DNA of 64,000 nucleotides from Fibrobacteria bacterium (GTDB lineage Bacteria; Fibrobacterota; Fibrobacteria; UBA11236; JADFYW01): NCBI GenBank assembly GCA_050294405.1, contig JBNKOC010000007.1, positions 32,001 to 96,000 of the forward strand, read 5' to 3'. Shown piece by piece: positions 9,794 to 18,668 of this stretch (position 1 is its first letter; each line of letters starts with the position of its first letter). The notes under the pieces were generated by a model. It saw only the letters and a program-made list of their open reading frames with translations, ran no database searches and was not told where the DNA came from. The position numbers and the translations under genes were made by a program.

Positions 9794-9817
9794 AAGGCCT
9801 TTCCGAAGAAAGGCCTT
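9794..9817 (-). terminator. Rho-independent terminator between convergent genes
   Basis: Minus strand AAGGCCTTTC-TTCG-GAAAGGCCTT (C-UUCG-G tetraloop) followed by CTTTTATT. Confidence 0.75.
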
Positions 9818-9866
9818 AGATTAATTATTGGTTGCGCGAAATTGCCATTAAACCAATTCCATAATT

Positions 9867-12800
9867 TCAATTCTGATTATTGGATTCCACAAACCTAAAC
9901 CGCTGGTTTTCTCTATAATGGCAATCCCATTGAATCACATTGGCACCGTCATTGGTTTGAACGTTATAAATATCCACGCAGCGTTGGCTGTGTTTAAACT
10001 TAAAGCTATAGGTACCATTATTGTGATCTACTAACTCAAACATTTGGTTGTTTCTATCTTGGAGGGGTTTTAAGGGCCATTGGATAACCGAGGCACCATT
10101 AGCCGAACTTCCATTATTAATATCAACAACCTGCCCACTATGCTCAAACTTTAAACTGTAAAACCCATCCGGTTCCGGATTTAAAGTCAGCTTTTGATGA
10201 TTATAACTGTCATTGCATGTTTGTTGCTCGACATTAGCAGCATTGGCTGTGCTTCCATTTACAACACCCAAACATTTTCCGCTGTGCACATATTGTACCT
10301 GGTAGGGCACTCCTGGTTGAGGACCATCTGGAATATGAAATAAGCTGCCATCTCCAGGGTCTGAAGGATGAACCCAATTTGTTCCACCATTAGGATCATA
10401 ACCAAAGCCTGGGAAAGTACGAGGGCCACTTCCTCCACTTCCATTGCTTATGCGCAGCTCAAATTTATGGTATCCAGGAGTTAAATTAAGGTTACCTGTA
10501 GAGGTTCTGTCGTTCCAATTGTCTGAACTGAGCCTCAGGACATCATCAATATACAAGCGAACTTTGTCATCAATGTCTTCTGTAAAAGAAATATTGCCAT
10601 CGGCATCATAGATCATGCCTGTATATATTTCCGTGGTGTTTCCAGCAATACTATTTTCTGTTTCACTTAAGCTAGTAGTAATAGAGGTTTTGGGGTTTGC
10701 TGCAGTGGTATTAATGTTACCGGCAACTGTGCCATAATGCAGGCCTGGGGTTCCGGAGATGCCGGGGGTGCCGCCGCCCGTTTGGTAAGTGGCGGTTAAT
10801 GTGGCTGGATTATCATAAGAATACACAGTGAGATACCAATTTCCACTTTGTTGCCAATCCCCAATATTAATTTCAGGTGTATTAATATCACATACATAAG
10901 GAGGTGAGTTACTCCAGCATGATGCGGCAGGACCGTCCCTATCTTTTACATTATAATTGACCCAGAACATTGAACCACCGCTATTCTGAAAAATAACATT
11001 AACTACCAGGGAGCCTGGAGTATAATTTGATGGAACTTCCAATAAATACGTTGTTTTGGAAAAATCATTGCTTACAATATTTTGGATAGGTATATCTTTT
11101 TGGATAGTACCTAATACATTTACCCCTGTCTCCATAGGTTCTGATACATTTCCAACTCTATCTATTTCCCAAATTTTAAGTCTGTGTTCCCCTACGAATG
11201 TTTCAACTCTAAATGTTGATGAAGTAGTGGTGTAATTCCTAGTAACTGTACCAAATTTATCTTCAATTAAAAAAGTACCTATCCCACCACCTTGAGAAGC
11301 AATTTGAATACCAGGATTGAATGTCAAATTATCTAAAACCATAACTGATGGGATATTAGGTCCTTTTGTATCAATATAGGCTTCTGTCGAATGCCCTTGA
11401 ATTATTTCCAAAGGAAAATATTCAGACTCAATAGCTGCAGCAAAGTTATCTCCTCCAGTACCCTCTTTGTGGAGCCCTCGTATATAATATTTCTTATTTG
11501 CTCGTAAATAAACCCAATCGGAAACTTGGGAAGCATATTTATTCCACTGCCTTGTATTTGTCCACCCCAAATGATCGGCAACTAGTTTGGAATTATCTGG
11601 ATTGTCATCAGAACTCAGCCAAAGCTGTACGTTATCATCTCCAGCCACATAAAACCGATAATATCCAGACATTGGGGGGTAATAATAACCATGAATTTGA
11701 GTACCGTAGTTATCTCCAGATTCACCCTGTATATTGGTGGGAGCTTCAAATTGGGAAACCAAATTTGTTGAGGAATATTCTTCCTCCCAATCTGGGGAAA
11801 TTTCAAGATCAGAAACAGATGATCCCGAAATTCCATTCCAGACATCTCTAGTTAGATTTCCAACAGGTGGACCAGCATCATAGTCAACTGATAAAGTGAC
11901 ACCCCCATAATTTGAAGCCCCAATCACATTTATATAATATATTCTTCCATCATAAAACGAACATATCTCATTGTTTCCAGAGGTTTGGCTCACACAATCA
12001 TGTCTATTGCCATTATCATCAAAATACCAAATATTTAAATCGGCATTTCCATAGTTTCCATTTTGCCCAGTAAGTCTAAACTCCACATTGGAAGTATAGT
12101 GATCAATTTCCGCAATAAAATAGTCCGAATAGCCAGACAAATTGGTTGCCGGATAATACTTCCCTATTTTTTTGGGTGGATCCACTTCTGCTCTTAAAGT
12201 CACTCCTTGAAATGAATTATATGCTTTTACCATAATATAATACGTTGTTGGTTCTGACCAATTGGGGTACAACGGGCAAACTTCATTATTAGTTCCTCCG
12301 GTACCTTGGCAAGCTATAGTACTGCCATCACCAATTACCGGGAGCTGTTCTTTACCAATATATAAATCAGCATCTCCGGTCCCTCCTTCAAGAATAATTC
12401 GTAAATTTTGGTGGAAGCCAGGAATCTCAAATTTAAACCAAGCAACCCCACCTGTTCCTCTTGCTAAATTTTCATGAATCATATTTTCATGTAAATCTGG
12501 CTTGGTTAACTTCATTTCAGCGGCAAGGGGTGCAATTAATTCTAAAGCAAGTGAAGCATTTGCATTAGTGGCATTGCCAATAGGTATTCCAACATGCCCT
12601 CCTCTGCCCACAAAAGAGCCATGATCTACGTTTGGGTTGGAAAATCCGTGAACTCTATTTGGATACTCAATTTCAAAGTCCATCATTGTACCCCACTGTT
12701 GCCCGTTAACTTCGTATTGGTATCCGTAGGCAAAATCAAATAACCCTGAGGATGAAAGTCCCGTGTGATGCAGCCCTAAAACGTGACCTACTTCATGAGT

Positions 12801-13304
12801 AAAGACAAAATCAACTCCTCCACGATATTGGCCAGTGGCAAACGCAATAGACGGATCACAAATTCCTTCCTCCCCTTTACAGGCTAGTTCTGCGCAACCC
12901 GCTACCCCTTCGTCATCAGATTGGCTATACCTGTGCAACCTTCCGAAAAATACTACGTCAACTCCCTGATTTATTCGAATATTTTGAAAAATAGATCCCG
13001 GAGCTTTCATATCATCTAAGATATCCCTAAAACAGTCTTGATTTAATTCATCTTTAAAATCTAGCTCTTGGGCATATACTATTTCCATTTCCAAATTTGG
13101 AATATGACTGTTAAAAAGAGCTTGGTTAAATTGTCCTTCTTGTTCAGCCATTAAAAAGGTCCCTATGGCTGTTGGATCCATTTGAGTCCTCAAAACATCC
13201 CCTAAATTTTTAGACCAAATGTATGCAACTTTTAATTTATTGAATTGTGACCAGCCGTTGGAAACAATTCCTACAATAACAAAAAGTAAAAACCATTTTC
13301 TCAT
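9867..13304 (-). CDS. Secreted reprolysin-like (metzincin) zinc metalloprotease with PPC, PA14 and ricin-B lectin domains
   Basis: HEVGHVLGLHH (HExxHxxGxxH) with Met-turn GTMM; PPC motifs GGTGDADLY and GNADLNI; PA14 GDDNVQLWLS; C-terminal HSGKCL and QW ricin repeats. Confidence 0.9.
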   Translation of the reverse strand: MRKWFLLFVIVGIVSNGWSQFNKLKVAYIWSKNLGDVLRTQMDPTAIGTFLMAEQEGQFNQALFNSHIPNLEMEIVYAQELDFKDELNQDCFRDILDDMKAPGSIFQNIRINQGVDVVFFGRLHRYSQSDDEGVAGCAELACKGEEGICDPSIAFATGQYRGGVDFVFTHEVGHVLGLHHTGLSSSGLFDFAYGYQYEVNGQQWGTMMDFEIEYPNRVHGFSNPNVDHGSFVGRGGHVGIPIGNATNANASLALELIAPLAAEMKLTKPDLHENMIHENLARGTGGVAWFKFEIPGFHQNLRIILEGGTGDADLYIGKEQLPVIGDGSTIACQGTGGTNNEVCPLYPNWSEPTTYYIMVKAYNSFQGVTLRAEVDPPKKIGKYYPATNLSGYSDYFIAEIDHYTSNVEFRLTGQNGNYGNADLNIWYFDDNGNRHDCVSQTSGNNEICSFYDGRIYYINVIGASNYGGVTLSVDYDAGPPVGNLTRDVWNGISGSSVSDLEISPDWEEEYSSTNLVSQFEAPTNIQGESGDNYGTQIHGYYYPPMSGYYRFYVAGDDNVQLWLSSDDNPDNSKLVADHLGWTNTRQWNKYASQVSDWVYLRANKKYYIRGLHKEGTGGDNFAAAIESEYFPLEIIQGHSTEAYIDTKGPNIPSVMVLDNLTFNPGIQIASQGGGIGTFLIEDKFGTVTRNYTTTSSTFRVETFVGEHRLKIWEIDRVGNVSEPMETGVNVLGTIQKDIPIQNIVSNDFSKTTYLLEVPSNYTPGSLVVNVIFQNSGGSMFWVNYNVKDRDGPAASCWSNSPPYVCDINTPEINIGDWQQSGNWYLTVYSYDNPATLTATYQTGGGTPGISGTPGLHYGTVAGNINTTAANPKTSITTSLSETENSIAGNTTEIYTGMIYDADGNISFTEDIDDKVRLYIDDVLRLSSDNWNDRTSTGNLNLTPGYHKFELRISNGSGGSGPRTFPGFGYDPNGGTNWVHPSDPGDGSLFHIPDGPQPGVPYQVQYVHSGKCLGVVNGSTANAANVEQQTCNDSYNHQKLTLNPEPDGFYSLKFEHSGQVVDINNGSSANGASVIQWPLKPLQDRNNQMFELVDHNNGTYSFKFKHSQRCVDIYNVQTNDGANVIQWDCHYRENQRFRFVESNNQN

Positions 13305-13876
13305 TTTTCCCCTCCATTACTTGTATGGTCCATACCACATTCTAAGGCATTTGAGGCAGGTTCCATTTCTGACACTACATAATTATCATCTTGAGACGGT
13401 AATACTTGAATCGGATTTTGCCCAGGTATGGATACAGACCCACTCATCTTTCCTCCGCTAAAAACCAGCACCACACTGGAACCAGCTTCCCCCTCAACAT
13501 GCCCCCTTACAGAGGTATACTCAAACTTCTCCCAATCGGTTAGCTCTCTTTCTTCCTTGTCACTAACAATTTGCTTAGCCTTTTTCTCTTTAACATGGTC
13601 TACAACAAAAGGAATCACTTCTCCAGAAAATAATTCCAGATAAATAACATCTTCCGATGATTCTGCCCTCTGCGGCTGATTCACCTGACGGGCATGGCTA
13701 TTGTCCCTAGGTTCAGTCAATTTACGTTCCGCAATTCTTTCTTTAATAATTAGGGCCTGTTCTAGTATTTCCTGGCCATTATGATGAGGATTGCTTTTTC
13801 GGATGGAGTTTCCCTGGCCAAAACTGGCCGAGCCCCCAATACCCAATAACAAAAATATTGTGCATATCTTTAACAT
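13301..13876 (-). CDS. Secreted protein resembling a stand-alone metalloprotease propeptide
   Basis: Signal peptide; SVRGHVEG...SVVLVFSGGKMSGSV...YVVSE...ECG pattern resembles bacterial reprolysin prodomains; ATGA overlap with the protease gene. Confidence 0.6.
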   Translation of the reverse strand: MLKICTIFLLLGIGGSASFGQGNSIRKSNPHHNGQEILEQALIIKERIAERKLTEPRDNSHARQVNQPQRAESSEDVIYLELFSGEVIPFVVDHVKEKKAKQIVSDKEERELTDWEKFEYTSVRGHVEGEAGSSVVLVFSGGKMSGSVSIPGQNPIQVLPSQDDNYVVSEMEPASNALECGMDHTSNGGEK

Positions 13877-14047
13877 GTTGTTTCCTTTATGTTTTTTTAT
13901 GTTTTAAGCTGAAATTAATTCAATGGTTATGTTCAAATTTTTTAGTGTTGTTAAACAACGTTAATCATTGAGACACCAGAAAGGATTTGTTCATTCCTTG
14001 ATTCATTGTTGGTTTGCTATGCATTTTTTGCGATTATTCCAAAAATT

Positions 14048-15553
14048 TTAAAACCTAATATCTTTTCCTAACGAATATTTAAGGATATGTGACTTCGTTC
14101 CATGATCTAATCGAATTAGAGATAATTCTGTCGGACCTAGAGTTAAACTAAAACTAGTTTTATTTGTTGTTGCATTGTAACTGGATCCAGTCACTTTCGA
14201 CCATGTCCCACTCTTAGTAATATCTTGAGACAAAACCAACGGAACTATTTTTCCATTTACCAGCAAATTTTGTGTTTTAGTATTCGATAAATTTTTATTC
14301 AATACCATTATGTAGTTAACCGTTTTGTCATTAAAAACTCCAATGGCTATATTATCATCTAGTGCAAGGTTTCCAATTGCAGGGGTATTTATATTTGGTG
14401 TGGGTAAACCTTGTTCAAGGCTATTTGGGTCAATATCACTGCCGTGAACCGTTGTTATCCAGGTTAGCTTCATTAAAGTGGGACCCATTGATTTCACATT
14501 GTTATTTACGGTCTTCAGTAAATTATATATAGAGCCATCAGAGCTAGGTGTCCCATAAAAAATAGCATCATTATTGTCATTGGGTTTTTCATATACATAC
14601 CAAAGCAATGCTTTAGCACCATAAATTAGGTTAGAATATGCATAGTATTGAAGACTTTCAAGCGTTGGGCGAACACTCCATCTTATATCGGATAGACCCG
14701 TATTTGGGTCAATAAAAATAATATCTTCCTCCACTGATGATCCAAAAGAACCCCACATCTGCTTTCCAGTTTTTTGCGCTTCACCGGCAAACAATTCCAA
14801 ATGTCTGTAAAAAGAAACGGTATTATCTTCAGCATTTGGCATCGCAAAATATGACGTTGTTAACGGAAGTTCCCTTATCGTATTAGTCTGCATTTTGTAG
14901 TTTAATACATAGTAATCAAAATTAAGAATATTTGTATTTGGGTCGCTAGCATAGGCGTGCACATGTGAAACATATCCTGCCCAATTTTGATTCGCAGTCC
15001 CATCAACAACCCAAGAAGCGCCTAAAGTCCCAAACACCATACGGGTTGGATCAATGTTTTTTATTAAACTTGCTATATTCAAGCTAAAATTAAGATCAGC
15101 TTCCAAATTAACCCCGTTTGGCTCATGAGTATTGTAATAACCATATAGTGCATCACTCATACTGCCAGTTAACCCTGTATATATACTCATACTTCGATTT
15201 AAACCATAGAAGGGCAAGGTAGGATTTGTCCTAACAAATTCATCATTTACTACCATTCTCAGGGCTAAATAGCCTTTACTAGTATTAAAGTCCGCTACAC
15301 GTTCTAGTATGTATTGATTATTCACATCCCGAACCTCGGGCCAATAACTATTATTTGTACTAGACCCTGTTAACAAATTAAAACCTGCCTCATAATATTT
15401 ATTTAAAGCAGTTATATCTTGTGTAACATCGTTGGTAAAATTTGGATCCCAATGGCAACCAATCATAAATTCATCTTGCTGCCATTGTGAAATTCCAAGA
15501 GAGATTATAATTAAGGGACTTAGGAATAACTTCATTAATGTAGTGTATGTCAT
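14048..15553 (-). CDS. Secreted glycoside-hydrolase-like TIM-barrel protein with C-terminal beta-sandwich
   Basis: Signal peptide; EAGFNLL, YGYYNTHEP, NFDYY and LIYGAKALLWY motifs typical of clan GH-A-like hypothetical proteins. Confidence 0.55.
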   Translation of the reverse strand: MTYTTLMKLFLSPLIIISLGISQWQQDEFMIGCHWDPNFTNDVTQDITALNKYYEAGFNLLTGSSTNNSYWPEVRDVNNQYILERVADFNTSKGYLALRMVVNDEFVRTNPTLPFYGLNRSMSIYTGLTGSMSDALYGYYNTHEPNGVNLEADLNFSLNIASLIKNIDPTRMVFGTLGASWVVDGTANQNWAGYVSHVHAYASDPNTNILNFDYYVLNYKMQTNTIRELPLTTSYFAMPNAEDNTVSFYRHLELFAGEAQKTGKQMWGSFGSSVEEDIIFIDPNTGLSDIRWSVRPTLESLQYYAYSNLIYGAKALLWYVYEKPNDNNDAIFYGTPSSDGSIYNLLKTVNNNVKSMGPTLMKLTWITTVHGSDIDPNSLEQGLPTPNINTPAIGNLALDDNIAIGVFNDKTVNYIMVLNKNLSNTKTQNLLVNGKIVPLVLSQDITKSGTWSKVTGSSYNATTNKTSFSLTLGPTELSLIRLDHGTKSHILKYSLGKDIRF

Positions 15554-15577
15554 ATTATCTCCAGACTGAAATTTCTA

Positions 15578-15907
15578 TTAATGAAGCACTATATCATCAA
15601 CTATCGAACCCCATAAACTGCAAGATTGGCCAGATTTCATATTAAATGAGACATCTCTGTCATCTGTCATTGCAGTCATTAACATTACGTAAAAATCTTT
15701 CCCATTTGTATCGTATAAATTTACCCGATACATTGTCTGGCATCCTGAACCAGCACTTCCTTCAATTTCAAAAAACACAACATTCCAATTTTGATATACT
15801 CTTATTGATTTGACAGAAACTGGGTCTGTATATATTTCCGCACTTGCAATCGAGAAACAACCCACGCATATGAATAATGCTGCAACTATTTTCGATAATT
15901 TTAACAT
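15578..15907 (-). CDS. Small secreted Cys-containing protein, possible OB-fold
   Basis: AAGGA RBS; signal peptide ending ASA; two Cys in the mature part; helix YVMLMTAMT followed by strand VSF. Confidence 0.7.
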   Translation of the reverse strand: MLKLSKIVAALFICVGCFSIASAEIYTDPVSVKSIRVYQNWNVVFFEIEGSAGSGCQTMYRVNLYDTNGKDFYVMLMTAMTDDRDVSFNMKSGQSCSLWGSIVDDIVLH

Positions 15908-16070
15908 AAATATTCCTTATAGTTTAAAGATTTTTAAAAACTACCCTTGTTAGAACTCCTATTTCATTTTCCCCACAAATCTATTCATGGCAATACCAAC
16001 AATGGATTCTTATTGACATAAAATTTAACGCTATCTCAGGAATTCCCAAGAACCAATTATCTTGGGCCGT

Positions 16071-16095
16071 AAAAGCCCATTAAAAATGGGCTTTT
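16071..16095. terminator. Bidirectional-type terminator downstream of the response regulator
   Basis: AAAAGCCCATT-AAA-AATGGGCTTTT; a second hairpin CCCAAGA..TCTTGGG lies at 16045-16066. Confidence 0.6.
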
Positions 16096-16184
16096 ATTTG
16101 GTTTACCTACAAAACCTATATATGCAACATCTTTATTGCAAAGAAAAGGATAAGGCCGGAGCAAGACCATAAGCGTTAAACAAG

Positions 16185-16838
16185 TTATAGTACTTCGTCA
16201 AACTTGTTTAACACCTCTTTCATAGTTTTTGAGGAGTTTTTTTTGAGGATATTTTCCACATGGCGTTTAATGGTAAAAATCGAAATACATAGCTTATTTG
16301 CGATTTCCTGGCGGGAAAAATTCTTTTTCAACATTCTTAAAATTTCTAATTCACGCTCAGACATCTGTTTTATTTCTAAGCGTAGTTTATCCTGGGTAGA
16401 CTTGACTTTAATTTGATCAATAAACAATTTACCTACAGTAGGGGGAATTATTACCTTGCCATTATGGACATCCTTAATAATGTCTCCAAAATTATCCAGA
16501 TTTGATTTAAGAATATATCCCATGGCACCCAACATATAACAATCGGAAATTTCATCTTCATTAACTGTCATAATGATTGATTTAACACTCTCATGTTTAT
16601 CATTTAGCCAGCGAAGAAGCTCTATTCCATCCTTTGGATTGGTTAATTCCAAATCCAATAAGGCGATATCAGGAACCTGTTTTTCGATTAACTGCTTAAA
16701 TCCTTCTACCGAGTTGGCATAGCCTAAAAACTTGATGTTTTCCTGCTCCGAAATCACTTTCTCCACGGTTAGGCAGAAGTATTTATTGTCTTCCGCCATG
16801 GCCACAGTTACAACAGACTTGTTAGAAAAATTTCCCAT
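16185..16838 (-). CDS. NarL/LuxR-family DNA-binding response regulator
   Basis: Receiver AEDN, PDIALLD, GYILK; LuxR HTH MSERELEIL...EIANKLCISIFTIKRHVENI. Confidence 0.93.
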   Translation of the reverse strand: MGNFSNKSVVTVAMAEDNKYFCLTVEKVISEQENIKFLGYANSVEGFKQLIEKQVPDIALLDLELTNPKDGIELLRWLNDKHESVKSIIMTVNEDEISDCYMLGAMGYILKSNLDNFGDIIKDVHNGKVIIPPTVGKLFIDQIKVKSTQDKLRLEIKQMSERELEILRMLKKNFSRQEIANKLCISIFTIKRHVENILKKNSSKTMKEVLNKFDEVL

Positions 16839-17166
16839 TTTAATTTTCTTTAGAGATCAGCAAAAAATAGCAAAAATCTGAATAAAATAAGGAGATTGTA
16901 TAGTAGCTGCTCCATTAATGGTTTTTGAGGGTTTTAGTGCTATTTTTAGCCAAATTTCATCATTTGGGGAAGTAAGAGTGGGAGTCTTACACATTTAAAC
17001 CGCTTAAGGCCATATAAAACCACGATAGCAACGGATAGACATGGCGAGCTAATGAGCGTCAAACTCCAACTTAGACAAAATGGCTTCATCTGAATATTAT
17101 TTCTCCAAACTACCTCAGTTATAGGAATTACTAATCCTTCAATAAACCAAAGTTCAAAATCAGCTC

Positions 17167-18621
17167 ATGCTATTAGAAATTTTTAAAGTTATTTGCGCTA
17201 TGATCATGGTCATAGGAATCCTTTTTGTTTTTATTGAGCTAAAGGTAAAATATGACAGGAGTTTTATTTTCGTTGGTATTACTTTATTATTCCTTGGTAT
17301 GTTCCTTAGCGTGGATTTTTGGTTTCTGCCCTATTTTAAAGAAATAGGAAACACTCAATTGTATTTTTTCAATTTTAATTTTCAGCATATTATTGTGTGC
17401 ATGTTAATCCCTTTTCAAATCAAATACATTCTCATGTTGACTAAAACAGCATCAAAACTGCATTTAAGGACACATGTTTTTTTATCCAGTCTTTTTGGAG
17501 TGTTATTTGTTTCAGGAAAAATGGGAGAAATGGGAGACGACTTTATAGTTTATACTAACATTATTTATGATTTCTTTTTTTCATCGTATATCATTTATAT
17601 TTTCTTTTTTTTCATCGTTTTACTGATTAAAAGTTTAAACAATGCCTTAGCTTTTGATAGAAAAATAATTTTATATCACATTGCCGGAATTTCTCTCCTT
17701 TTTATTTCAGGTATTGCAGATTTACTGGTGGTGGTTCTGAGAACAAACCCCGATTTACCAAGTTTTGCGATTTTTGGAGTATCCATATTTGGATTACTGA
17801 TCACCTGGGTTTTTTCTGAAAAATTCGTACAACTCCGTCTGGAAAAGTCCCTCGCAATCCAGAAATTGGATATAGAGTCGTCCCAAAAACAAAAAATTCA
17901 AGATATGTATACCAAGCTCTCTCAATCTGAACGCATGAGAGAACTCCTCTCGAGTATGATATTACATGACATTAAAAACCTCGATGCTGTAATTGAGGCA
18001 AATCTTAGAATTATAAAGAACAAAACTAAAAATATTCCAGATGCGCAATACCACGCAAATATTGCTACACAAGGATGTACAGAAATCATTTCCATGGCGT
18101 CAAACTTACTTGATGTAAATAAGATAGACGAGGGAAAGCTGGAAATCAATCGAACCCGTATCACTTCAGCTAGGCTGGTTGATGTCATAAAGCAAACAGC
18201 CAATGGATACCTACTTGATGAAATGGAGCTTGATTTTGAATTAGTTCCTCCAGACAAAAAATTTGAAATATGTTGGGACGCATATCTTCTCAAAAGGGTT
18301 GTACAAAACCTACTCAACAACGCCTTTAAATATACCCCAAAAGGGGGGAACATTAAAGTTCTGTTTAGCTTTGATAATTCTCAACCAACTTTAAGCATCT
18401 TTAACTCCGGCTCACCTATTCCAGAAGACAAGAAGGATTTAATTTTTGAAAGGTACTACAAAGTAGAAAAGGGAAGTTCACATTATTCCAAAGGTCTGGG
18501 ACTTTTTTTCTGCAAAATGGTGGTGGAAGAACACAGGGATAAGATTTGGGTGGAGAGTTCTGAAAAGGGGAATTTTTTTAGAATCAATTTTAATGGTAAT
18601 GAAAACACAACCACCATTTAA
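17167..18621 (+). CDS. Multi-TM (about 7TM) sensor histidine kinase
   Basis: Hydrophobic N-terminal ~215 aa; H-box ILHDIKN; N-box NLLNNAFKY; G2 box KGLGL. Confidence 0.92.
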   Translation: MLLEIFKVICAMIMVIGILFVFIELKVKYDRSFIFVGITLLFLGMFLSVDFWFLPYFKEIGNTQLYFFNFNFQHIIVCMLIPFQIKYILMLTKTASKLHLRTHVFLSSLFGVLFVSGKMGEMGDDFIVYTNIIYDFFFSSYIIYIFFFFIVLLIKSLNNALAFDRKIILYHIAGISLLFISGIADLLVVVLRTNPDLPSFAIFGVSIFGLLITWVFSEKFVQLRLEKSLAIQKLDIESSQKQKIQDMYTKLSQSERMRELLSSMILHDIKNLDAVIEANLRIIKNKTKNIPDAQYHANIATQGCTEIISMASNLLDVNKIDEGKLEINRTRITSARLVDVIKQTANGYLLDEMELDFELVPPDKKFEICWDAYLLKRVVQNLLNNAFKYTPKGGNIKVLFSFDNSQPTLSIFNSGSPIPEDKKDLIFERYYKVEKGSSHYSKGLGLFFCKMVVEEHRDKIWVESSEKGNFFRINFNGNENTTTI

Positions 18622-18668
18622 TTTTAAAACCACAACTATTTATAATTTCCTAATAGCACGGGCAGCAT

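Noticed and set aside
9830..9860. Third copy of the ECF motif (GGTTGCG)
   Set aside because: No CGTC at the required spacing, and it lies between convergent genes
13295..13310. Frameshift or pseudogene explanation for the propeptide/protease split
   Set aside because: The downstream ORF has its own RBS, ATGA coupling and complete signal peptide, which a single indel would not create
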